From Klebsormidium nitens (taxonomy: Eukaryota; Plantae; Klebsormidiophyceae): a DNA stretch of 64,000 nucleotides. The stretch is taken from positions 93,964-157,963 of the forward strand of contig DF237097.1 of the NCBI GenBank assembly GCA_000708835.1, in the 5' to 3' direction. Position numbers and translations under genes: made by a program. Under the pieces are notes generated by a model. It made no database searches and was not told the DNA's origin. It saw only the letters and a program-made list of their open reading frames with translations. Below are positions 1 through 11,323 of this stretch, piece after piece; position 1 is the stretch's first letter, and every line of letters starts with the position of its first letter.

Positions 1-259
1 TTGCATGCAGGCTTGTGCCGTTCGTGCAAGCGGCAGCATTGCGTGGCAGCTAGAATTGGTTAAGCCTAACCTCAATTCCGATCCCTAGTTTCAGCGCAGA
101 ACTCTTCACTGAAGACTTCAGCAGGGGGAGGTCCAGGAGGGCAGCAGAGCCAGCTAGCACGCAGACGCTACTGGGGGCGTTTTCTTTTATTGTAGTAGAA
201 CTTCTCGTGGCCTTCTTGCTCCTCACGTCCTCTCTTTCGCCCGGTGCTTAGGGAGCACG

Positions 260-3030
260 ATGAGCACGCTGCACTTACCGCAGCTGAACTGCTGCCAGCA
301 GCGACTCGGACAAGGTATAGCTTGCTCTACATCCCCCCTGCATCCATCAAAAGCTGACCTGAAATATCTGTGGTGTGAGAAAGGTCGTAACTTTGTTGAG
401 CGGCCTGGGGGGTCCAGATCAATCCTTTCACGCCACCACTTGCGGTTCCGCCTTCCCCAATGCACATTGAGAAAAGGGTTGCTACCTAGAAATGGTTGGA
501 AACACTTTAGTATTGCAGCTCTGCACAGCCATAGGACTTTGAAAAGTGTTACTTATTGCAGCCAGCTCTTTGGCACTCCCTTGACCTCCGGTGGGCACAA
601 TCGCAGTCCCGCATACACATTTCCGGGCCGTATGAACGCCAGTTTCTCCAGAATACTAAATAGAAAGGCCCTTGTCTTCACCCCACTGGCAAAGTCAACC
701 GTAGAAGACGCAGTCACTTTGGAGAAAGCTCCAAGCGCAGCGTCTTTGAAGCAAGCCCCCATCCCGACCTTCGAAGACTTTGTAGCTGCGGGCACTGAAA
801 AGGGCGTGGAAATATCCCTAAACACTCTCGGGCCAGTCTTTTGGATTGAGGCGAAAGCGGCAGTCGATGGAATTGGCGGTCCTGCAGGGAAGTTGCTGGG
901 AAGTGTAAACGGCTTTGTGCTGCCATGGCCAGGGGGGAACCTTCTGCACCTGGATACGATGCGGGTGGCCAGGTGAGCTCATCAGTTGAGAGTACCGGTT
1001 TTCATTCTATGTCCACGTATACAAGACTATCGTCTATCTGAAGGGAAGGTCTGAAAGTCAGACCTGAATATGCGAGTGGCCAGACGAGCCTCCTTATCCT
1101 AAACGACGGTTGATCATTGACACGATTGTCCTCCTATGAAATGGTCGTTCCTTACACGAGAGGATTACTGCCTGCTTCAGAGAGACTCTTATCTGCTTTT
1201 CTGAGTTAGACTAATTCCCTTCAACATGGAATGTTTCATGCTTCGATGCAGAAGCTCTCAGAGGGAATATTGAATATATTCAAATCCCCCTGGACTTTAG
1301 ACAGTTTGGCCAGTGCATCCGTACCATCATTAACCCGTCTGCTGGCACTCTGTCAAGCATTGGCTAGAGGGAGTTACTTTGTCTGGACTGTTGCTCAAAT
1401 GTTACGGATCAAGCATGCGCATCGATCACAACAACAGCGGCGCTCGAGTCCCCACTCGCATTTGTTCTGGTGTCCACAATCTCCCCTACACGCATGGATA
1501 AGCAAGATGGCCGCAGCCGCAAGAGCTGGCAATCGTGCTCAAGCCTTTTCTTTTTGCTTCTTTTGCGACGCAACTTGTTCGTTCGACTTCAGACTCTTAA
1601 GTCCACCAAGGTTCCTTGATATACTTCGAAGGTGGAAAAGATACTAAGATCACCTCTATGTATGGAAAGGGAACGTCTCCAAACCAGAAAGACAGCTCTT
1701 TTCAAATCCGCGCATCTCTTGGAACAGGGAGGTCCGCCAGTTACTCGAGCTTTCGCTGATCTTGGGAGGTGCGATGCTGCGGCATGGGTACGACCGAGGC
1801 TGTAAAAAAGCGGAGCTACTAGCCATCAATGACACGGACGTTTTCCATCGAAAGGTAAACACTGTCTCTGTTTTCCTTTCCCTTCTCGAGCCTCCTCTAT
1901 GCTTGCTTCCTAAATGTCCTTTTCAATTTTAACGCCAGATCCTTTTTACGTCTCCAGATTGGACTTAGGTCGAAGCTACGAAGTTGTAATCGCTTTCCCT
2001 CTTTATGTCCGCTTTATTTAATTTTCCTCCCGCTTCTGCAACCGTGCTTCGTCTTCTGTCACCTTCTCTCCATTGATGTCGCGTCCCCTCTCTTCTGTCG
2101 TCGCTTCCCCTTCGCTTTCGTCGTCTTCTCTTCGCTTAATATCACACAGGCCCTGACAGAGAGTATGCTCAGCGCTTCAGTGTAATGTTTCCAGTGTGCT
2201 TTTGAGATCCTACTGGTTCGTTGCATGTTGAAGAAGGGAACGGAAAGTCTTCTTAGTGAAGCTGCTCGATCGAGTCAATGTACAAGGAGATCCTCTGTTC
2301 AAGGGCTATCTGACTGTCTTGTTGAGTTCTTAAGTTGCCGAGTTCGAAACCATTCTGTATGAACCATCAAGAGAGCCCGAATTTCCCTCTATCTCTCCGC
2401 ATCCGCCTGTGGGCTCGATCGTCAAAACGAAAATTGACTAAACCAGCCTTTCTCAATACACCAGTAGATTGCGAAGGATATCGTGACATGAGTGTAGAGT
2501 GACGAGACTTTGCACTTTGTATCGGCAGTCAGCTCCGCGAAGTTTAGGAAGTTCCGTCGAGCTAACACGATTCGTTTCTTTCAGGAACACAATTTTAACC
2601 CGTTTGTAGCCTTGACGTTTCTGACTTGGTGATTGATCTCCTAAGCAGTCCCCTGTCAACGAACGTTTTGAGTTATGGCAGAGCCCTGCGAAGCTTTGGC
2701 GTGATGTCTAGTCTGGCCGCCTTCACAACGAGTCAAATAAGCTCCCTCGCTTCCATTCAGTTGATGCACGCCAAGTGGCAACATCTTAACGGTCACGTGT
2801 TCTTGCCTCAGTTGGTCAACTACTACCGCCGCATAGGCTTCACGAAGGTGCATGAGGTCACCGGCGGATTGAGCGACATTCCGCACATGCTCGTCTGGGG
2901 GGGCCTCGGCACGAGAATGGACGCCGACATAGAAACGATCCTCAGAAAGTGGTCGAAACGATTTGCTAGAGGGTCCAGCGGAACGATAGGGGACGAGACT
3001 GACGACCGGACAATGGAGCGGACACAGTAA
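260..3030 (+). CDS. Conserved plant/algal uncharacterised protein, probable GNAT-like fold, probably plastid-targeted; 3 exons
   Basis: Exons 260(or 632)-972, 1728-1854 and 2812-3030 join in frame through canonical GT-AG sites: ...LLHLDTMRVAR|EVRQLLELSLILGGAMLRHGYDRGCKKAELLAINDTDVFHRK|LVNYYRRIGFTKVHEVTGGLSDIPHMLVWGGLGTRMDADIE. The family is recognised from memory only; 'YYRRIGF' resembles GNAT motif B. Start codon uncertain. Confidence 0.75.
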
Positions 3031-3631
3031 AGAAACCCGGGTAACAGCATGTTATGCAATTTATCTAACGTTGGAGCCGTAGGAAGCTGAATGTCGACTC
3101 AGTGACTGAATGACATGAGTCATGGCAGGCCCTGGGCGGTGTGCACTTGTCCGAATGATCGGAAACCTTGATAATTTGCATGGACGCTGCACGCGCGGCA
3201 TGCGTCACTTCCGATGTTCATGTGCAACCTCTGGGCACCAACTATGTTAGTCCGCAAAGTCGGGAGCAAAGCCACCGATCGCTTTGCCTGGCTGTGGCCT
3301 TATCAATGGCCACATGCTTGAGCTTACGCACGATTCATGCAAATTGCGCCCACGGTCATAACGTGAACAGGTTCTCGGCCAACTCAACCATCCTTTGAAA
3401 GTGTGTGACATTTAGATCGATGACCTCGCAAGGCGCGTATTAATGATTGCGCATCTGCCGTCCGCGCTAAAGTTTGTAACGAACTTCACAATGGGACTTC
3501 GTTTCTGAACATCTTTCTAGAGAAAGTGTTTACATATATACCTCAAGCTTATACACCATCACACAACAGTTACCCACCATAGTTCAATGAAGGAGTACCT
3601 CTACACCATAAAGCTAGATGTATACTCCAAC

Positions 3632-4870
3632 TCAAAACTGCACGGCTCCCTGCCCTGGTAAGTTCTCCAGCATCAGCCGCAGCATCTTCGCCAGAACAAA
3701 AGCCGTAATCCTCATCGTAACCCGGGTCACAAACCGGGTGGTTCCCCCGACCACCGTCGCCCACAACCCGAAAATGGGTCTCACAAACCCGAGGAAAAAA
3801 CCGACGATGAAGTTGAAGCAATACACGAGCTCCAGCCAGGCTGCCACGTCGAAGGGCAACACCTGAATGGCCTGGTCGCTCCGGGGAATGTTAGCGGGAT
3901 TCTCGGCGGGGGCCTCGGGAGCCGGGCCGGGATCCTCGCTAAAGGTGCCGAAGCTGGTTCGCCGGAGGGATGTCGAGGCCTTGTAAGCGACGTCGACACA
4001 CCCCGAGGCGACCTCCCGCAGGACGATCACCAGTTCTTTGGCGCCCGGGGGAACGGAGAAGTCGAAAACGAGGCCCTCCGGTTCTGCGCCTGGGTTACTG
4101 CGTAAGGACACGCTAACCTGCGAGCCAAACCCAACTGCGACCTCCCTTTCTCTTGCTGTGTGAGACCCGCCTATCTCAGTACTGTTTTCTGTTTCGGAAT
4201 GCGCTCCGTTTGGGGGGTGTTCATTGCGACTTCCGTTCATTCCGTGCGCCTGACTCTCGCTCCGTTCCGGTCGCTCCCCATTCTGCTGCCAACTTTCTCC
4301 GTTCTGCGGTCCGTCCCGCTGCTCTGGAACGCTGTTCCGCCCCTCGCGCTCCTCAGTCCGCTGCCTTTCTCCCCCGTTCCGCTCTCCGTTCCGCTGCGCC
4401 TGCTCTCCCTGCCGCTGGGCCTGCTCTCCGTTCTGCTGCCGCTCACCATTCCGCCGTACTTCCAACCCGTTTCCGTTCCTGACGCCGGATCCGGGTCGTT
4501 CCATTCTCACGGGCTCTCGAAACGAAGGCGAGCTGTGCACACTGAGCGGACTTGTAATGTACGCGCGCGTCCGAATGGCGACCCGCCTGAGCTTTCCGTA
4601 CGTCCGCAGGGCGAGCCTGGCGACTGGAGGAGGGAGAGACGCCACGAAGCTGACCACCATCCGCTCCCGGAAGCCCATCTGGCCAGCGGAACCGGAACCA
4701 ATCAAACGGAAAAAGATCGGCACTCCCGATCTTAAGGACAGCTGAATACGGCGGGGAGAAAATCGAGGTTTCCGAGCTTCTAAGCTTTCCTTTGGGCGGC
4801 TGACGGGTTTCAGAGGAACTCCTCCGCAAGAGAGCTCTTCCCTGCGGTTCTTCTCATCTGAGAGAGGCAT
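3632..4870 (-). CDS. Hypothetical 412-aa single-ORF protein with RNGE/QQNGE low-complexity repeats and a C-terminal hydrophobic segment
   Basis: Uninterrupted 1239-nt ORF from ATG 4870, with an in-frame stop just upstream. Hydrophobic stretch WLELVYCFNFIVGFFLGFVRPIFGLWATVVGG. No recognisable family. Confidence 0.5.
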   Translation of the reverse strand: MPLSDEKNRREELSCGGVPLKPVSRPKESLEARKPRFSPRRIQLSLRSGVPIFFRLIGSGSAGQMGFRERMVVSFVASLPPPVARLALRTYGKLRRVAIRTRAYITSPLSVHSSPSFREPVRMERPGSGVRNGNGLEVRRNGERQQNGEQAQRQGEQAQRNGERNGGERQRTEEREGRNSVPEQRDGPQNGESWQQNGERPERSESQAHGMNGSRNEHPPNGAHSETENSTEIGGSHTAREREVAVGFGSQVSVSLRSNPGAEPEGLVFDFSVPPGAKELVIVLREVASGCVDVAYKASTSLRRTSFGTFSEDPGPAPEAPAENPANIPRSDQAIQVLPFDVAAWLELVYCFNFIVGFFLGFVRPIFGLWATVVGGTTRFVTRVTMRITAFVLAKMLRLMLENLPGQGAVQF

Positions 4871-6581
4871 CGTCTCCGCTCATCCGAGCCTAATTTGCTG
4901 AAGCCCATTGGTCTCATTGTCATTATAGAAGCTAACCAAAGTGAATTGGCAGACAGTTTAGACTCTTGAACAATGTGGATTGGAAAGAGGCACACCCTTT
5001 TTCTCAGAAGTACGTCACTCTGAAAGGGAAGAAGGCCTGCCAATCTGATCTTGAAGCTCAACCGTCTCCAAAAGGGCACTCTCCTACCTTGTTGGCGCCA
5101 TTTTTGGCCAGCCTCAGTGCCATGTGCCTCTGCGTTCCCAGATTGAACAGATCTGGCTCATTGGAGTAATCTCGAGTATCAACCTTCTCATTGCTGATCA
5201 GGCATTATGCAACTGTCGGTGCGCTTAAGATCCAGACAGCTCGGCAGTCCTTACCCGCAACAGAGAATCCTGTTTCTTCACACCTGGCACAGCGCGCTGA
5301 TGGGCCGCTTTTGAGACAAGCTTTTGGTCTGCTCCCGATTTAAAGCGTGTCGGAAGGCGCACAATCTTACCAGAGCCAGAGCCGCCTGCTTGCGTTGATT
5401 CCAACTTGTTGAGTTGGAACACAAAATTCAAAAGTAGATGATTCAGTGTCCGAAGCACCGAAGGAGGGCAGAACGGTCAGTTGGTGAATTGTCAGTTCAC
5501 CTCACCTCAATGAAACATCATGCAACGTGACGTCAAAATGGCCATAATGACAGCGACAGCCGCTGACCAGTGACTTCGTGCCCGTTCGGGCGTCTCGCGT
5601 TGACACCAACATTGGAATTGCCGCCATAGTAAGTCTAGTAACGTCATCATCTGTCGGAACTCATGCCCATGGGTCGCTGGCCCCCAGTGTGCGATGTGCT
5701 GAGCTGGCGCACTGACAATTGCTATTACCTCACCCTTAGCGCCCTACTTTGGACTTCGAAGGCGGGTCGTGGAACCGCCGTACACAAATTATGCAAGCTC
5801 CTGCTGTCTGGCGTGGAATCGGTCGAATTACAATTCGCGTTGTAGACATAAACGTAGCCAATTATAAATATCACGTCAAAACTCTTTTTGCAAATTTAGG
5901 ACGAGTCTTCATGTAGTGCGACACGTCTTAATCGTAAGAACAATGATGTCATCACGAGATAGGACTGTGGTTGTAAATAATGTAAGTTGACGTTCCTGAA
6001 TGATGAGACGGTCAGCACGTACGATTTGCCACAGAGCTAGTGTCGGCCCTGCACGTCTTCCGGTTTCAGATCCTGGTACGTATAAACATCGGGAGTTATA
6101 TCTAAGTAATAGATCTAAGTAAGGAACCAGCCAAGCAGTCGCCGTCGACCATGCGCCCCTATAAGTATTGCTCATGTATGCTTGACGGTGTGGGGGGCAA
6201 GTGACCACGACCGTACGGGCGAGCCTGTATTATATCTGCAAGTTTAGCACGACCTCTTCTGCCGGCACAGCTTTCGATGCGTATCATGCACATGTAGACT
6301 GGTCCAGGGATCCATTCGTTAGGAGACAAGCTTCGATTTGAGAAGCTACAGAAAAGAACTCGACTTTAGATGCTTACGAATGCACAGCCTGAAGTTCTCA
6401 CTGTAAACAAGCTACATGCATATGGACACTTCAGTATCTTGGCATATGACCGTATGCTAGTCTGTAGCCGACTCCTTATGTCCAAGTTTCCGCTTGCGTG
6501 CTCGACCCTGTCAATCCTGTACAAAATGTCTCTCGTTGGCACTTCGCTTATTCAGAATCCGCAAAAGTGCCAATCAAATGG

Positions 6582-9500
6582 TTACCGTTCGGCTAGCCTG
6601 CTTATTTGCCAGACATCCATGATCCCCGGAGGTACGACGTTGTTCTTCGCCGCAAGTACTGCAGCCTTGGCCAGCGTCTCCACGTTGATCGGGGGCACGA
6701 TCAAGGGGCCGACAAGTGGCAGGCCGTGGACCCACTTCCCTGCCGAGCTCTTGAAGATCTGCAAGCGAATAACGGAGCGACTTACTTTCGGCATAAATGG
6801 TCGTGGCTCGACGCAGCTGAAAATCTAGATGTTACCGGGGGTCAAACCACAAGTGGATAATAGCAACTGGAAGAAGACTCCTGGAAGATTTCGGCTAACT
6901 AGGTCTTGTGTGTGGGAGTACCGCTATAACAATGTCGCGAACACACGGATGATATAGAGGAACAAGGGCGAAGACATCGATTTACGGGCTGGCACACAAT
7001 TATGTCTTAACGGGCTGACACACAAAGCTCTTGGCAGCTCTTCAACATTCGAAAGAGGATCGGAGGCTTTGCCTGCGCTTTCAAAAATCCGACCAGGACC
7101 GAAAGTAGCCTCCTCTGGACAACCGCCTTCGCTTCTGATGAACGAGCGTCTGGACGATATGAACGAGCAATCTGAGGGGCGGGCTGCTCACCGCTTCCAA
7201 GGGGCTGCCCACAAGACCCAAAGGCAGAGTTAGGGAGCCGACGCGCCTGTTTCCGTGGATGAAGCTGGGCCGGAAAATGATCCCTGCAACCATTTGTTGA
7301 AAAGGTAAGAACTCAAATTTATCAGCCAGTTCACTGAGTAATATATCCATCCGCTGAGGTCACCAAAGCGTCATTCGTTTAAGTCTGTTTCGGGAGGGGA
7401 TCTCCTGGGACAGGGTTCCGCTACAGTATTGCCAAGACAGCTTTCCAAAGAAGACCTCTCTTAAAAGCACATGCGGAAACGGGCGGCCGCATGGCGAGGA
7501 CGAGTATATTTCCTGAAACGGCGCCATCTGAAAAGGGAGGGTATGTGGTCAATGTAAAGAACAGCAGGCTGCTGATAGGGCTCTAGAAAAGGACCCGACG
7601 TTCTCGGCAACTTCAAACAAGTCCCTACCTCCATACGGCAGCTTCTCTCGGATCGCCCTTTCCGCTTCACGCTGCAGGGATCAACGGGAGTTTTGTAAGC
7701 GCTCCGCCCCGCAAGACGAGGGTACCTAAACAGGAGCTGGTCGGTGATGCGAAGCTGTCCTTGCGTCAAGAAAAGCATAGTATTGGCTAGTCTTGGACGA
7801 TAGTACAGTAAGAACTTTGACCGCCAGGCTCCAAGACGGCAGGGCGAAGGGAAAATGCAGGCAGCAATCTGAAGTCGGACTAGCAGAGTGGAGCGGCGAA
7901 AACGTGCTCGTGCATGCCTCCAGAATCTCTGGCTTGAAGCCTTTCGAAAATAGGTCGCCGATGGACTCAATGCAGATGCAACTCACAACTTTTGTTGCGG
8001 GACCAAGTAACAATCTGTGAGCAGACGCGTTGCTCGCTTTTCATCGCAAGAATGTGAACAGAAACTGGCTGTTTTTCGCAAGGCGAGACACGTTGAGCCA
8101 TCGAGACCGACCTTTCCCTCAAAGTAGCCTCGCAGCACAAAGGTCGGCAGGCCCATATCCGCAGCGGAAATAAACACGAACCGCTTAACACCTGCAAAAG
8201 GGTTGTGGGACTTCGAAGCGCAGAAAGGAAAGACGAAAACGTCCCGTTATCGGCGTTCCAGTCTCGTTATCCTCGATGCGTGTGGCACCTGCAGGCCTAC
8301 AGTTTGCAGCCTTTCGTTGAGGGTTCAGTTAGCAAAGCATCATGCGGACTTTAATGCTGCGTGCTTTTGTTGTGCTTGATTGTCCTTCGCTAGCCCCTTC
8401 TCGAAGCCTTAGGGTCGACGCACCCTCTCTAATCCAAAAAGTACACGCGACTGCAGGTTGAGCTGACGAATTGACCAGAAGAATGTAGGTATTGCGAGGT
8501 CCAGGGTCCACTGGAAACAAGAAGCGAAATCCGGAGACTCCCACAATCAGTAAACATACTCGAAATGTCAAGAGGTAACAAAAGCTGGAACGAGCTGACC
8601 GAGTCAGCGGGGCAGCCAACGGGGGCAGCAGTTGTCAGAACCAGCCACTGGAATGCAGATGGTAAGAACAAAGCAATGAAAAGTTTTCCCTAAGTAAAGG
8701 GCACCATCAATTACCGATGAAAAAGTCGACTCAGCTTAAAAGTCTTCAAGAGGTTCCACCATACCATGTATAAGACTTGGTAAGGAGTGTGCAGAACTGA
8801 GAAACCGTCCTTGAGAAGTTTTCAGGTACGAGATGTCAGTGGTATGAGCATCAACGAGAAGCCAGGTCTGGACCCTTTACAGGAAAACGCAGACAGCTTA
8901 CCTTCCTCTGCTGCTGTGTTCACAGCCGTAACGTTAGCGTCTCCACACACCCTTTTCATCGTCTCATATGATCCAAAAGCCCCGACGCAGGAGATGACCC
9001 CCTGTACGTCCTTCAGGGAGTGTCGCCAGCTGGGGGGTTCAAAGACGTTGCCACGAATCCAATCAACGTGCTTCACCCAGCTCTCACTGTGCTGGGGCGG
9101 GCCAGATCTGGAGAGGAAAGTCTCCAAAAATAAGATTCTGTTGGTCGAAACGGCTTGCAGGTGCTCAGGTTTTGGAAAGCGATTTGGGGAGTCTGATGTC
9201 AGTAACAGGAAACTGGCTGGTAGGTAAACATTCTCCAGATGAAGAGAATGAAGTACGGAATGAGGAATCAAAAAAGAGGACGGAATGATTTATCCGGTGT
9301 TGTCAGAGTGTATGACACATGATTCTCAAGAGTAAAAAGGGGTTTATTCTGTATGTGGTCAGGGTCGACTTCGAGGTTGTCGTTTCTCTCATTTGTCATA
9401 CACAATGAAGAGCTTGGGTGAACATGAAATATTGAAGAGAGTGAAATGGAACGTGTGGGGCTTTTCCCGCTTGGATGACAGCTCACTAAGAATGCACCAA

Positions 9501-10064
9501 TTAAGACAGATTGGAATCACTACTACTATTGTAGCAAGGAAGATATTGCAGCAAGTTTTCGTTACTAGCTTGGTCAGTTTCCTCTCCTCTAGACGACAAT
9601 TAAAATCCAAAAAATCTTCCCCCTAGTCAAGTGCGCACTCACCTGTTCAAGCTGGACACTTTGTAGCCTTTCTCCACCGCAGCCTTGCAAATGTGGCCCC
9701 CTACAAACCCGTTCCCTCCAATTACCAGCAGTCGGTCTCGCACTGGAGGGGCAGACGCGGGGACAGTTTTGGCAGCTGATTGTGGGGGGCTAGATGAGGA
9801 GGGGAGGGATGCACTGCGGGCCTTGTCAGCTGCTTCGGTGCCAGGCGCAAAGACTTGAGCTTGGCCGGAAGCAGCGGCAGCGAACTCCCTTCTGCGACAC
9901 CGTAATGGGAAGTTCGTCAGTGGACTAGAATGGCAAGAAACATTTTTGAGGAACGCAGCGTTCAAGCCGAGGCATACGCTGATGGAATGGATTGAAAGGG
10001 GTGCATGTTCCAAGAAAGCTAGTGCTCTGCCACCAAACTTTTGGAATTATACCACCATTCCATC
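6582..10064 (-). CDS. NAD(P)-binding Rossmann-fold (atypical SDR / epimerase-dehydratase-like, COQ11/At1g32220-like) protein; 6 exons
   Basis: Exons ~10064(start uncertain, ORF track gives 10013)-9643, 9107-8902, 8191-8112, 7671-7629, 7283-7192 and 6758-6582. Protein motifs: LLVIGGNGFVGGHICKAA (GxxGxxG), VISCVGAFGS, GDANVTAV, KRFVFISAAD, GYFEGKREAE, IFRPSFIHG, LIVPPINVETLAKAAV. All junctions are GT-AG and phase-consistent. Confidence 0.9.
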
Positions 10065-11323
10065 AGGAACTGCGTCGCAAGACACTGTCAGAGTTTTGAA
10101 ACACTCTGAATCTTGATCATCATACTATCTCAACCAGTGACGAATCCAAGAATGCGCGACGCCTTAAAGACCGTTTTTGCTTCCTGTTTGGGCATAAACA
10201 ACACTAGTCACTTGCGAAGTGCTTTCAACTAGTCTGATGCCAAAAAGGACACCTTGTCCCCTCCTTTCAGAAAGATGTTAATTACACCTCAACCTGCTGC
10301 AACCGATTCTCAAGCTGCCTGCACACCATATATCTGCATCAGGCACCCGATAAGCTGACAGTTTTCAAGTTATTCCGCTTGTGAAATGAGCAGCATTGAG
10401 AAGATGCAAGCAACAAGCCCTCTCTGAGGGCGTAACAACCTGCTTGATCTCCCGAAGCAACGGCCTACCTGGCAAACGAGAAACCCTCTGAACCAGCTGC
10501 CAAGGGCATCCCGGCTGTTCCTGATGGTTCTGCATGCGAGGGCAACATCCTTGAGATCAGGGAGGAACTGATCAACCGTGTGGGTGAGCTATCAATGCCG
10601 AAGCTCCTTGCTACTCCTGAGACTTCAAGGAACGAGGGGAGCAGCAACCTGGCCTTGCGCACAGCAAGCAGCGCCATGCTGATCACAGAGGGCGCCAAGC
10701 CTGATCAGCTGTTCTGTGCAGCTCTGGAGATGATTAATGAAAATGAAAGTTCCCCTCCCTCCAAGGGCGGAATGGTTCCGGTTCCGCTCCAAGCAAGTTG
10801 AGCGAGGCACTGTTGAGTCTCAACACTAGTAAAAGAGTAATTGGTGTCAATGATCAAGGTTCCGGTTAAGTTCCGCTGAAATTGGTTCCGCTCGAACATG
10901 AAGTCCGGGTCTGCCACCTGTCCAGATCTGAGCTGGCCTCCACGCCAGCATTGCATTGCTTTTCTTCAGGGCAAAGTGGGGCAAGCGCATTGAATTGTGG
11001 TCTTATCCTACCTACTCTAGAGCTTTGCAGAGAAGGTCGAGGCGCCTTTGGTTCCTGCTGGAAGAGCTGATCCAATCTGGGGGCGAGCTGCTCGAGTCTG
11101 ACCCATTGCAAAGCGCCTGAGGTCTTGAGTGCAAATTCCAGCCGCTTTCCTTTGAGGGAGCTTATGTGGTTGCTGGCACCTCTCTTGCCAGGCTCGGCCC
11201 TCGAAAGAGTACTAATTTAAGATGGACATGAATTGTAGCTTCCTTGATTGATCATAGACACAGAAGAGAGCGGGGCAGAGACTACTTAACTGCATTGACC
11301 CCGGAGGAGGCCTTGTTTTTGTC

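Noticed and set aside
5940-6005. Possible C/D-box snoRNA (ATGATG...CTGA)
   Set aside because: Box C is imperfect, there is no terminal stem and no recognisable rRNA complement.
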